Shown: positions 9,815-19,311 of the stretch, piece after piece
Layout of the letters: every line of letters starts with the position of its first letter
Position numbering within the stretch: position 1 is the stretch's first letter
DNA from: Bacillota bacterium
Lineage (GTDB): Bacteria > Bacillota_I > Bacilli_A > Acholeplasmatales > Acholeplasmataceae
NCBI GenBank assembly: GCA_018817915.1
Contig: JAHISX010000043.1
Span: 2,591-66,590, forward strand
Reading direction: 5' to 3'
Length of the DNA stretch: 64,000 bases
The notes under the pieces: model-generated
What the model was told of the DNA's origin: nothing
Database searches by the model: none
What the model saw: only the letters and a program-made list of their open reading frames with translations
Translations under genes and position numbers: made by a program

Positions 9815-11002
9815 ATGAAAAAGAGCGATTTTAATTTTGTAAGTGCTGAAGCAAAAATCAGTAACGAACAAATCAGACCAGGATTAACTTATTGGAAAGA
9901 TGCATGGAGAAGACTTAAGAAAAACGTTTTAGCCATGATTGGTTTAGTTGTTATTGTTCTTGTTACCTTGTTTGGTGTATTTGGTCCATTTTTTACACCA
10001 TTTTTAGATAGTACTCAAGTCGTGGGCTATACCAACATTCCTCCAAGACTTACTATTACAAAAGCAGGAGATACATTCTTTTATTTCAATGGCACACAAT
10101 ATGATTTGTATGCTGTAACTGAAAAAGGTATGCTTTTAGTAAAACTTGATGAAATTAGATTGGATGCAGTTGAACAAAAGTATTATTTTGAATATGAAGG
10201 TGAAGAAGTCATTCTTGATTATTCATATAAATTGCAAGAAGACTTGGCATTTGAAGGTATTAACTTTAGCATTACTTATCGAGGATATGAGTATAAAGGT
10301 ATCTATAAAACAGTCGCCAATCAAATGTTTCCTTGGGGATCTGATAATATGGGACGAGATGTGTTAACAAGAGTCATGTATGGTGCTCGTATTTCATTAT
10401 TTATTGCATTAGTTGCGGCACTCGTCAATCTTCTCATAGGCGTTCTCTATGGTAGTATTTCAGGTTTAGAAGGGGGAACAGTCGATAATATCATGATGAG
10501 AATCATTGATGTCATTAACTCCATTCCTTTGCTCTTATATGTTATTTTGATTATGGTTATCCTAGATGATAATAGTATGTTTACAGTCATTCTCACCTTA
10601 GGACTCGTCTATTGGGTTGGTATGGCAAGACTTGTTCGAGGACAAGTCTTAGGACTTAAAAATCAAGAATTTGTTCTCGCTGCAAGAGCTATAGGTGTCC
10701 CTAAGAGACAAATTATTTTTAGACACTTAATTCCAAACGCACTTGGTCCTATAGTTGTTTCATTAACCATGATGATTCCTAGTGCAATCTTTACTGAAGC
10801 ATTTTTAAGTTTTATTGGACTTGGAGCATCTGCTCCACAAGCTTCTTGGGGATCTCTAGCCAATGATGCTGTTGAAGTTTTTAGATCATCATTCTATCAG
10901 TTGGTATTTCCTGCATCAGCAATTGCAATTACCATTCTAGCATTTAATTTCTTTGGTGACGGGCTTAGATCAGCTCTCGATCCTAAGCTGAGAAAGGGGT
11001 AA
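9815..11002 (+). CDS. oppC: Oligopeptide ABC transporter permease (OppC type) with an enlarged first extracytoplasmic loop
   Basis: PWGSDNMGRDVLTRV and FVLAARAIGVPKRQIIFRHLIPN motifs. 395 aa, about 90 aa longer than the classical OppC. Confidence 0.9.
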   Translation: MKKSDFNFVSAEAKISNEQIRPGLTYWKDAWRRLKKNVLAMIGLVVIVLVTLFGVFGPFFTPFLDSTQVVGYTNIPPRLTITKAGDTFFYFNGTQYDLYAVTEKGMLLVKLDEIRLDAVEQKYYFEYEGEEVILDYSYKLQEDLAFEGINFSITYRGYEYKGIYKTVANQMFPWGSDNMGRDVLTRVMYGARISLFIALVAALVNLLIGVLYGSISGLEGGTVDNIMMRIIDVINSIPLLLYVILIMVILDDNSMFTVILTLGLVYWVGMARLVRGQVLGLKNQEFVLAARAIGVPKRQIIFRHLIPNALGPIVVSLTMMIPSAIFTEAFLSFIGLGASAPQASWGSLANDAVEVFRSSFYQLVFPASAIAITILAFNFFGDGLRSALDPKLRKG

Positions 11003-11008
11003 TCGCAT

Positions 11009-12034
11009 ATGAAAGTACTAGAGGTTAAGAACCTTAAGACCAGCTTTTTCACTCACATGGGTGAAGTTCAAGCAGTACGTGGCATTTCTTTTGATCTTGA
11101 AAAAGGAGAAATCTTGGGTATTGTAGGAGAATCAGGATCTGGCAAAAGTGTAACATCGCTATCTATTATGGGTTTGATTGATGAACCAGGTAGAATTAAA
11201 GAAGGAGAAATACTGTTTCAAGGCAGAGATTTATCTAAGCTGACGCACCATGAACTTACTGATATTAGAGGTAAAGATATTGCAATGATCTTCCAAGATC
11301 CAATGACATCTTTGAATCCACTATTTAAAATTGGAAGTCAAATAAAAGAAGTGATTTTAGAACATACACAGATGTCAAAACAAGAAGCTGAAGCTCATGC
11401 TATTTCACTTTTGAAGCTAGTAAATATTCCAGAACCAGAAACTAGAATGAATCAGTATCCCCATCAATTTTCAGGTGGGATGAGACAAAGAGCATTGATT
11501 GCAATGGCATTATCGTGCGATCCTCAGCTACTTATAGCAGATGAACCCACAACTGCACTTGATGTGACCATCCAAGCCCAAATCCTTGAACTCTTAAGAG
11601 ATTTAAAGGATAAGATTGATTTAAGTATTATTTTAATTACACATGATTTAGGAGTCATTGCTGAGATTTGTTCTAAGGTCGTTATTATGTATGGTGGACT
11701 GATTATGGAAAAAGGAAGTGTCTTTGACATTTTCGAAAATCCTCAGCATCCATATACAAAAGGATTACATCAATCCGTTCCAAAAAATGTTAGAGGATCA
11801 AAAGCAAGATTAATTCCAATTGATGGCACACCACCGGATCTATTAGAACCACCAACAGGATGTCCATTTTCACCAAGATGTCCTCATGCCATGGAAATTT
11901 GTCTAAAAGAAGCAGCACCACTTTTCAAATTAGAAGATGGTCATACTGCATCTTGTTGGTTGCATCACAAGGATGCACCAAAAATTGAAGACTATATTCA
12001 AGTGAAGGGGGATGAATTCGATGTTGTCGAATGA
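11009..12034 (+). CDS. oppD: Oligopeptide ABC transporter ATPase
   Basis: Walker A GESGSGKS, signature FSGGMRQR, Walker B LLIADEPTTALD, and a C-terminal Cys-rich oligopeptide-type extension (GCPFSPRCPHAMEIC). Confidence 0.93.
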   Translation: MKVLEVKNLKTSFFTHMGEVQAVRGISFDLEKGEILGIVGESGSGKSVTSLSIMGLIDEPGRIKEGEILFQGRDLSKLTHHELTDIRGKDIAMIFQDPMTSLNPLFKIGSQIKEVILEHTQMSKQEAEAHAISLLKLVNIPEPETRMNQYPHQFSGGMRQRALIAMALSCDPQLLIADEPTTALDVTIQAQILELLRDLKDKIDLSIILITHDLGVIAEICSKVVIMYGGLIMEKGSVFDIFENPQHPYTKGLHQSVPKNVRGSKARLIPIDGTPPDLLEPPTGCPFSPRCPHAMEICLKEAAPLFKLEDGHTASCWLHHKDAPKIEDYIQVKGDEFDVVE

Positions 12035-13025
12035 AAAAGAACCTTTACTAGAAGTAAGAGGACTAAAGAAACATTTTGATTTAAGTACACTTGGCAATAA
12101 AAAGATTCTTGCAGCTGTAGACGGTATTGATTTTATCATCTATAAAGGCGAGACATTTGGATTAGTCGGTGAATCAGGTTGTGGTAAAACAACAACGGGA
12201 AGATTGATCGTTAAGCTGTATCGTCCGACAGCTGGTAGTATCATTTTTGATGGTATTGATTATGCAGGTGTTTCTGAAAGACAGTTAAAACCCTTTAGAA
12301 AACGGGTTCAAATGATTTTCCAAGACCCATATGCATCCTTAAATTCTAGAATGACAGTAACGGAAATCATTGCTGAAGGCATTAAGACCCATAAAATTCT
12401 TACATCAAAAACAGATATTGAAAATCGTGTTCATGAACTTCTAGAAAAAGTAGGGCTTAAAAGAGAGCATGCAGGCAGATATCCCCATGAATTTTCTGGT
12501 GGACAACGTCAAAGAATTGGCATTGCCCGTGCACTTGCTTTAAATCCTGAATTAATTGTTGCTGATGAACCAATCAGTGCGCTCGATGTATCTATCCAAG
12601 CACAAGTGATCAACATGTTAGAAGATTTACAAAAAGAGTTTAACCTAACTTATCTTTTTATCGCACATGATCTATCTATGGTACGTCATATCAGCGATCG
12701 TATCGGTGTTATGTATCTTGGAAAGATGATGGAAATTGGAGTGAGTGATGATGTATATGAAAAACCACTTCATCCTTATACAAAATCTTTATTATCTGCA
12801 ATTCCAATTGCAAATCCAAGAGTCAGAATGAAAGATACAAGAGTTATTTTACAAGGAGATGTAACCAGTCCGATTAATCCACAACCAGGATGTCGGTTTG
12901 CAACTCGGTGTCCTTATGCTGTTGACAGATGTCACAATGAAACACCAGAGTTTAGAGAAGTTTTACCCAATCGAATGACTGCTTGTCATTTGATTGAAGA
13001 AATCAACGGTTTAACCACCAAATAG
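12021..13025 (+). CDS. oppF: Oligopeptide ABC transporter ATPase
   Basis: Walker [10 protein letters not shown], signature FSGGQRQR, Walker [13 protein letters not shown], and C-terminal [15 protein letters not shown]. Start is 12012 or 12021. Confidence 0.93.
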   Translation: MLSNEKEPLLEVRGLKKHFDLSTLGNKKILAAVDGIDFIIYKGETFGLVGESGCGKTTTGRLIVKLYRPTAGSIIFDGIDYAGVSERQLKPFRKRVQMIFQDPYASLNSRMTVTEIIAEGIKTHKILTSKTDIENRVHELLEKVGLKREHAGRYPHEFSGGQRQRIGIARALALNPELIVADEPISALDVSIQAQVINMLEDLQKEFNLTYLFIAHDLSMVRHISDRIGVMYLGKMMEIGVSDDVYEKPLHPYTKSLLSAIPIANPRVRMKDTRVILQGDVTSPINPQPGCRFATRCPYAVDRCHNETPEFREVLPNRMTACHLIEEINGLTTK

Positions 13026-13060
13026 GTGTTTAAATAAAAAAAAAGAGGAGAGAGAAAAAA

Positions 13061-14800
13061 ATGAAAAAACTAGTAACACTTATAGTGGCACTAGCTATCG
13101 TGTTCGGCCTAGCTGCATGTCAAGAACCAAGAGACACTACAGTTTTGCGTTGGAACATCGGTGCTGACCCACTAACTTTGGACCCATCATTGAATGGTGC
13201 TTCAGATGGCGGAGACGTTATCAATAATACATTTGAAGGACTTGTTCGTGAATTCAATGGCGTCGTTGAACCTGGTATTGCTGAGTCTTGGGTAACTTCC
13301 AATGAAGGTAAGACGATTACATTTACACTTCGCGATTCTTTTTGGAGTGATGGATCAGATTTGACTGCTTCAGACTTTGTATATACATGGCTTAGAGCAA
13401 TGAGCCCAGAAACAGCTAGCGAATATGCTTGGATTTGGGAATATACAAATGTAGTTGGAGCAAATGAATATGTATATTTCTATGATGAAGCAGACAATGC
13501 AACTGGAGATGAAAATGTATATGATGACGATGGCGTACTGGTAGGAACAAACTACTCAGATGGTCTTGATGATGAAACTGGCTATACATTAGCTGAATCA
13601 AGAGATAACGTAGGCATTTCAGCACCAAACGACAATACACTTGTTGTTGAACTTAATAATCCAACAAGCTACTTTGTAAGTTTGATGGCATTCTATCATT
13701 TCTTACCTGTTAAACAGTCTTCAGTTGAAGCTGTTGGTGGTGAAGATGGACTTTGGGCTAAAAAACCTGATCTTGCTGTTTCAAATGGACCATTCAAGTT
13801 AACTGAATATACACTTGGAGATGGTTTAGTTCTTGAAAAGAATGATAACTACTGGGAAGCTGACAGTGTAAAACTTGAAAAAATTGAAGGTTCATTTATT
13901 GACAATGAATCAACTGCATATGATAAATATAATTCAGATGAATTAGATTATATTCCTGCAGTTCCAAGTTCAGAAATGACTCGTCTAATTGCTGAAGATC
14001 CAGAATTCCACGTATTTGCATTACTTGGAACTTATTATTACAGTTTTAATTTAGATGTAGAATTATTCCAAAATCTTAAACTACGTACTGCATTAGCATA
14101 TGCTGTTGATAGAGAAGCTGTTGTTGAAGCATTAGGTGGTGGACAAGTTCCTGCTGCTGGTTTCATACCTCCAGGATTTATTGATAATGAAGGTAATGAC
14201 TTCTTCGCAGAAGCTGGTACTTATGGCATGGTTGCTGATGATTCAAACTTTGATGAAGCAGTTACTTTGTTTGCTCAAGCTGCAGCTGAAATGGATATGA
14301 CAGTTGCTGAACTTCAAGCTGCATTAGCTGCTTCTGAACTTTCTTATAATACTTCAGATGCACATGCAATGGTTGCACAACTTGTTCAAGAATCATGGAA
14401 TCAAGTTCTTGGATTCCAAATGGACTTAGTCAATAGCGAATGGGCTGTTTTCCAAGTTGATAGAACAAATGGTAACTTTGATGTTGCTCGTGGTGGTTGG
14501 TTAACTGACTTCATGGATCCAATTGGAATGCTTGCAATCTTCACGGATGGTAATGCTTATAATGATCCTAATTATTATAACCCAACATTTGATACATTAA
14601 TTGAAGAAGCACAAGCAACTACAGATCCTGCAGTTCACTTTGCTAAATTATACGCTGCTCAAGATGAAATTATGGGCGATATGCCAATCGTTCCAGTATA
14701 CCATTACTCAGATTTCATGTATGTTAAATCATATTTGAAGGATTGGGGACGTAGTGTTCTTGGTACTGTTGACTTTAGTAGAGCATATATCGAAGAATAA
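13061..14800 (+). CDS. oppA: Oligopeptide-binding lipoprotein (family 5 SBP)
   Basis: Signal peptide with lipobox LAAC. LTLDPSLN...INNTFEGLV and DNYWEAD are typical of family 5 SBPs. It is the last gene of the operon (BCDFA order). Confidence 0.88.
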   Translation: MKKLVTLIVALAIVFGLAACQEPRDTTVLRWNIGADPLTLDPSLNGASDGGDVINNTFEGLVREFNGVVEPGIAESWVTSNEGKTITFTLRDSFWSDGSDLTASDFVYTWLRAMSPETASEYAWIWEYTNVVGANEYVYFYDEADNATGDENVYDDDGVLVGTNYSDGLDDETGYTLAESRDNVGISAPNDNTLVVELNNPTSYFVSLMAFYHFLPVKQSSVEAVGGEDGLWAKKPDLAVSNGPFKLTEYTLGDGLVLEKNDNYWEADSVKLEKIEGSFIDNESTAYDKYNSDELDYIPAVPSSEMTRLIAEDPEFHVFALLGTYYYSFNLDVELFQNLKLRTALAYAVDREAVVEALGGGQVPAAGFIPPGFIDNEGNDFFAEAGTYGMVADDSNFDEAVTLFAQAAAEMDMTVAELQAALAASELSYNTSDAHAMVAQLVQESWNQVLGFQMDLVNSEWAVFQVDRTNGNFDVARGGWLTDFMDPIGMLAIFTDGNAYNDPNYYNPTFDTLIEEAQATTDPAVHFAKLYAAQDEIMGDMPIVPVYHYSDFMYVKSYLKDWGRSVLGTVDFSRAYIEE

Positions 14801-14842
14801 TATTTACACAACACATTGATTTTTAATTAAATCTTACGAATG

Positions 14843-14879
14843 AAAAGCATATCGGAGTAATTTCTGATATGCTTTTTTT
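14843..14879 (+). terminator. Intrinsic terminator of the opp operon
   Basis: 11-bp stem aaaagcatatc (14843-14853) / gatatgctttt (14866-14876) running into a T-run that ends at 14879. Confidence 0.85.
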
Positions 14880-14938
14880 AAATAAATGATGCCTATTTAT
14901 ATAAAACTACAAGAAATTTATTTTTTTGGTGAAATTAG

Positions 14939-14967
14939 TTGCAAAAAGAAAGCGATTACATTATAAT
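14939..14967 (+). promoter_or_regulatory. Sigma-A promoter of the glycan-utilisation island
   Basis: -35 TTGCAA (14939-14944), exactly 17-nt spacer, consensus -10 TATAAT (14962-14967). Confidence 0.6.
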
Positions 14968-14970
14968 ATG

Positions 14971-14986
14971 ATTGAAACGTTTCGAT
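14971..14986. promoter_or_regulatory. LacI-family operator O1 (attgaaacgtttcgat)
   Basis: 16-mer with a CG centre. It is one of three near-identical copies in the window (with 15121 and 35732) and overlaps the predicted transcription start of the promoter at 14939-14967. Confidence 0.6.
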
Positions 14987-15120
14987 AACCATATCGAGCG
15001 ACAGAACAAATATGATAAAACATCCAGTTTCATGGCAAAAGTATCTAATCCTTGCAAAAGATAATGCGTAAGAGATTACTGATAGGATTAAAGAGGATCT
15101 GGATTATATTTTTTCTAAAA

Positions 15121-15136
15121 CTCGAAACGTTTCGAT
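15121..15136. promoter_or_regulatory. LacI-family operator O2 (ctcgaaacgtttcgat)
   Basis: Same palindrome core cgaaacgtttcgataa as O1, centred exactly 150 bp downstream of O1 and 53 nt upstream of the lipoprotein ATG. Confidence 0.6.
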
Positions 15137-15188
15137 AATTATATTTTTAATAAGAATCTAAGTGATTGAAAAATTTAGGAGGAGAAAA

Positions 15189-18100
15189 ATGAACAAAGTT
15201 TTTAAACTATTTACAGTTTTGTTAATGGTTGGATTAGCTTTTGGAATTACGGCATGTAAAGAAGATGACCCTATTATTATTCCCGAAGTTACTGAATTCA
15301 ACGTTTTAGGCGGATGGACCGATGGCGGAGATGGTGTTTATACATTGAACACAAACACAACATCTGAATTAGACTTTTCTTACGATAAGGCTGCTTTTCC
15401 ATATGCATTTATGAGTAGTGCTGATATCACTCAAGACCTTTCTATATTTAAGAAGTTGGTCATTACAGTTGAAGGCACAGGCTCAATGCTTGTAAAACTA
15501 GAAACAAATGATTCAACACCTGCAAAAGAAGTTGGGTTAAATGTTACTGGTATTCAAGGCACTTATGAATGGAATTTACTTGCAGATTCAGCTTTCTTAG
15601 CTAAAGTTGATAAAGTAGTGGTTATTGCTGCTCCTGGTAAAGAAGATTCTATTGGTGATATTACAATTTCAGAATTGAAATTTGATGTTGCTGTTGCTGA
15701 TGGATTTATTATTCAAACAGACTTTTCAAACATTCCAACAAACGTGAATGAATATAACGGAACAGACGAAAATTTCGATTTCAATATGAAGTGGGAAAAT
15801 TTTGCTGAAGAAACTTATACAATTTCATATGTTGGTACAACTACAGTCGTTTCATTTGATAAAGCTGCTGGCCAAGAATGGTCAACAATGCAATCACAAG
15901 TGCAAGGCGATTTCACTGATTTCAACTATGTCGTTGCAATCGTTAGTGGTACTGTTGGACAAAAATTCTTACTTAAAGCAGCAAACGGTTATGAAAATTT
16001 CATTTTCTTAACAGCTGAACAACAAGAAGTCGTCGTTGATATTTCAGCAATGACAGCTGCTGAAAAGAATGCGATTACTGCAATCTTTGCATTTGGTAAA
16101 GCTGGCGCATCTGGTACTGGTGATTTTGTGATCCATGAAGCTTTCATGACAGCAACTTACGATTATCAACCTCCAGTTATTATTAAGAATATCTATAATG
16201 GTACTGATTTATCATTTGGTGTTACACAATGGTATGATGGTGGAGATTTAAATTACACCTTAACACCTAGTGGATCAGATTTAGTTGTTGATTATAACAA
16301 GACATCTGATTGGGCTTATATGGTTGGTCATATTGAAGGCGACTTAAGCGCATTTGCTAAAGTTGAATTCGAAGTCACAGGTACATTAAACAAGACAGCA
16401 TTATTTAAAGTTGAAAGTCCTTCTGGTAACATTGAAAAATCAGTTACATTTGATGGAACTAGACAAACAATCGTTATTGAACTATCAGCTATGACACCAA
16501 CTGCAGTATCTACTATTAATAAAGTAGTCATCTTTGCAGCTCCAGGTGGTTCAGGCTCTGGTCAATTCACACTACACAGAACAACATTTATGACATCAGA
16601 TTTCAGTTTACAAGATACTTGGGCTGAAAATGATCTTGGAACATATACATTCTCAACAACAGTTGACGACACAGTATTAGTTACTTATACGAAGGTTGCT
16701 CAAGGTTGGGTTTATATGAAGAGTGTATTTACTGAAGAAGAAGTTACTGGTTTGAATACTTTAACAGTCACATTAAAAGGCACAGATGGCAAACAAGTTC
16801 TTGTTAAAGCTAACGGTGTTGAACAATGGGTAACATTTGTTGGTACTGCTGAACAAACTGTGACATTTACTGCAACTCTATTTACTGAAATCATTATGTT
16901 TGCTGAAGGTGGCGTTGATAATGCTACAGGAACATTTGAAATCGTGAGTGCAAACTTAAGTTACGTTGCTCCTGATTTAGATCCAACACTGATACTTGAT
17001 ATCAATTCAAATTGGACTGAAAATGATCTAGACACTTATGCATTTACAACAGTTGCTGGTGTAGTCACAGTTGATTATACTAAAATAGCAGGTCAAGAAT
17101 GGTCATTCTTTAGACAAAATTTTGATTCTCAAGAAGTTGCTGGATTAAATACATTAACATTAGTATTACAAGGTACAGAAGGCAAGACTGTCTTAGTTAA
17201 GCCAAATGATAGTGGCGTATTAGAACAAGCAGTTACATTTGGTACTGAACCAGTTACAGTTGTGGTTTATGCTGATGCTTTCGCTAATATTATTTTCTTT
17301 GGTGAAGCTGGTGTTGCACCTGCTTCAGGATCTTTCCAAATCTTAAGTGCTACTTTAAGTTACACTTACATGGTTGATGAATGGATTCCTAACGTAGCTA
17401 CAATTTATACATTGACAGAAGTTGCAGGAGAAATCACAGTTGATTATGCTAAACTTGCTGGCAACGAATGGGAATGGTTAAGAGTTCAATTCAATGCAAA
17501 TGACGTTGCAGGATTAAACACATTAACAATGGTCGTATCTGGTACCGTTGGACAAACTTTATTGATTAAGCCAAATGATAATGGTGCTTTAGAACAAAGT
17601 GTAACATTTGCTGATACAGATCCAGTGACACTCGTATTTACTACAGACGCATTCGCAAATGTATTTATATTTGCTGAACCAAATACCGCACCAGCTACTG
17701 GTACATTTACAATTAACAGTGCTACTTTGACTTATGTTCCTTTTGATTTTGATCCAACATTAGTCATTGATGCAAATGCTGATTGGTTTGCAAATGTTGG
17801 AACCATTTACACAATTACAAATACTGATGGTGTTACTTCAGTAGACTATGATAAACTTGCAGGTAATGAATGGGAATGGATTAAAGTCAATTTCAATCAA
17901 GAAGATGCAATGGGACTTAACACATTAACAATCGTTGTTCAAGGTACAGCTGGGCAAACTATTTTAATTAAGCCGAATGATAATGGTGCTTTAGAACAAT
18001 CCATTACTTTTGCAGATGCAAATCCAGTAACAGTGGTCGTTACAGCAGATAATTTCTTAAATGTCATTATATTTGCTGCTCCAGGAACTGCTCCAGCATC

Positions 18101-19280
18101 AGGCTCATTTGATATCATAAGCACAAAATTAAGTTATGTATACAACACAACTGATTGGTTTGCTAACAATGTATCTATTTATACAATCGTGGTTACAGAT
18201 GCAGTAGCAGATGTTGACTATGCGAAACTTGCTGGCAATGAATGGGAATGGATAAAAGTCGAATTTGATCCAGAAATGAGTGTAGGATTAAATACACTTA
18301 CTATTACTGTTCAAGGTACAGTTGGACAAACATTATTAATTAAGCCAAATGATAATGGCGCTTTAGAACAAAGTGTAACATTTGCTGATACAGATCCTGT
18401 AACACTTGTTATAACTGCTCCTTCATTTGCTAATATCATTTTATTTGCTGAACCAGGAACTGCTCCAGCAACTGGATCATTCTCGATCGTCAGCACAAAA
18501 TTAACTTATGTAGAACCTGCTGTTGATTTGACACGTGAATTCGATTTGAATCCAACTTGGATAGAAAATGACTTAGGAACATATTCAACATCAACAACAG
18601 TTGATAATACAATCTTAGTGACATATACAAAAGTTGCACAAGGTTGGGTCTTCCTGAAGAGTGTATTCACTGCTGAAGATGTTTTAGGTTTGAATACCTT
18701 AACAGTCACTTTAAAAGGTACAGATGGTAAACAAGTTATGGTCAAGGCTAATGGTGTTGAACAATGGGTAACATTTGTTGGTACTGCTGAACAAACGGTA
18801 ACATTTAAAGCAGCAGCATTCACTGAAATCATTATGTTTGCTGAAGGTGGTGTTGATGACGCTACAGGTACATTTGAAATCGTTAGTGCAGTATTAAGTT
18901 ATGAATTTGATTTGCAATCAACTTGGGCAGAAAATGATTTAGGAACTTATTCATTTTCAACAACAGTTGATGATACAGTCTTAGTTACATATACAAAGGT
19001 TGCACAAGGCTGGGTCTTCTTAAAGAGCGTATTTACTCCTGAAGAAGTTGCTGGTATGAATACTTTGACTGTGACAATTAAAGGTACAGATGGAAAACAA
19101 GTTTTAGTTAAAGTTAATGGTGTTGAACAATGGGTAACATTTGTTGGTACTGCTGAACAAACAGTAACTTTCACTACTGCAGGATTTACTGAAATCATTA
19201 TGTTTGCTGAAGGTGGCGTTGATGATGCTACTGGCACATTTGAAATTATCAATGCAGTTGCGACTTACGTACAACCATAA
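15189..19280 (+). CDS. Giant surface lipoprotein (1363 aa) built from ten related ~120-155-aa beta-sandwich-like (CBM-like) modules
   Basis: RBS aggaggag lies before ATG 15189. Signal peptide plus lipobox FGITAC. Ten modules share the template W..(N)D..TY.......V.Y.K.AG.EW........GLNTLT..V.GT.G...L.K.N........TF.......V.......I..FAE.G...A.G.F.I.S..L.Y. Confidence 0.85.
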   Translation: MNKVFKLFTVLLMVGLAFGITACKEDDPIIIPEVTEFNVLGGWTDGGDGVYTLNTNTTSELDFSYDKAAFPYAFMSSADITQDLSIFKKLVITVEGTGSMLVKLETNDSTPAKEVGLNVTGIQGTYEWNLLADSAFLAKVDKVVVIAAPGKEDSIGDITISELKFDVAVADGFIIQTDFSNIPTNVNEYNGTDENFDFNMKWENFAEETYTISYVGTTTVVSFDKAAGQEWSTMQSQVQGDFTDFNYVVAIVSGTVGQKFLLKAANGYENFIFLTAEQQEVVVDISAMTAAEKNAITAIFAFGKAGASGTGDFVIHEAFMTATYDYQPPVIIKNIYNGTDLSFGVTQWYDGGDLNYTLTPSGSDLVVDYNKTSDWAYMVGHIEGDLSAFAKVEFEVTGTLNKTALFKVESPSGNIEKSVTFDGTRQTIVIELSAMTPTAVSTINKVVIFAAPGGSGSGQFTLHRTTFMTSDFSLQDTWAENDLGTYTFSTTVDDTVLVTYTKVAQGWVYMKSVFTEEEVTGLNTLTVTLKGTDGKQVLVKANGVEQWVTFVGTAEQTVTFTATLFTEIIMFAEGGVDNATGTFEIVSANLSYVAPDLDPTLILDINSNWTENDLDTYAFTTVAGVVTVDYTKIAGQEWSFFRQNFDSQEVAGLNTLTLVLQGTEGKTVLVKPNDSGVLEQAVTFGTEPVTVVVYADAFANIIFFGEAGVAPASGSFQILSATLSYTYMVDEWIPNVATIYTLTEVAGEITVDYAKLAGNEWEWLRVQFNANDVAGLNTLTMVVSGTVGQTLLIKPNDNGALEQSVTFADTDPVTLVFTTDAFANVFIFAEPNTAPATGTFTINSATLTYVPFDFDPTLVIDANADWFANVGTIYTITNTDGVTSVDYDKLAGNEWEWIKVNFNQEDAMGLNTLTIVVQGTAGQTILIKPNDNGALEQSITFADANPVTVVVTADNFLNVIIFAAPGTAPASGSFDIISTKLSYVYNTTDWFANNVSIYTIVVTDAVADVDYAKLAGNEWEWIKVEFDPEMSVGLNTLTITVQGTVGQTLLIKPNDNGALEQSVTFADTDPVTLVITAPSFANIILFAEPGTAPATGSFSIVSTKLTYVEPAVDLTREFDLNPTWIENDLGTYSTSTTVDNTILVTYTKVAQGWVFLKSVFTAEDVLGLNTLTVTLKGTDGKQVMVKANGVEQWVTFVGTAEQTVTFKAAAFTEIIMFAEGGVDDATGTFEIVSAVLSYEFDLQSTWAENDLGTYSFSTTVDDTVLVTYTKVAQGWVFLKSVFTPEEVAGMNTLTVTIKGTDGKQVLVKVNGVEQWVTFVGTAEQTVTFTTAGFTEIIMFAEGGVDDATGTFEIINAVATYVQP
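16620..19277 (+). repeat. Seven tandem in-frame repeats (366-402 nt each) within the lipoprotein gene, in two subfamilies ordered A-B-B-B-B-A-A
   Basis: Repeat-initial TGG codons sit at 16620, 17013, 17382, 17784, 18156, 18558 and 18924. A 44-nt block ggtgttgaacaatgggtaacatttgttggtactgctgaacaaac is identical at 16815, 18753 and 19119. A 38-nt block gctttagaacaaagtgtaacatttgctgatacagatcc is shared by the B copies starting at 17382 and 18156. Confidence 0.92.
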
Positions 19281-19311
19281 TAAAGACAAGTAGTACATAA
19301 ATAATAATCTT

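Noticed and set aside
15012-15071. 19-codon upstream ORF (MIKHPVSWQKYLILAKDNA) in the lipoprotein leader
   Set aside because: No Shine-Dalgarno sequence lies upstream and there is no feature of a known leader peptide. It is probably a chance ORF, though the leader itself is unusually long.
15019-15116. Nested complementary segments in the leader (atccag 15022-15027 / ctggat 15099-15104; taatcc 15046-15051 / ggatta 15085-15090) followed by a T-run, suggestive of an attenuator or riboswitch
   Set aside because: The stems are only 6 bp with very large loops, there is no GC-rich hairpin directly abutting the T-run, and no resemblance to a known riboswitch class. This cannot be supported without folding energetics or covariation.
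16328-19298. Series of 60-108-aa minus-strand ORFs inside the giant lipoprotein gene (16328, 16712, 17939, 18311, 18506, 18947, 19104)
   Set aside because: They recur because the sense strand is repetitive: the same stop-free antisense frame is copied with each repeat. None has an RBS or independent signal. The sense frame is continuous for 1363 codons.
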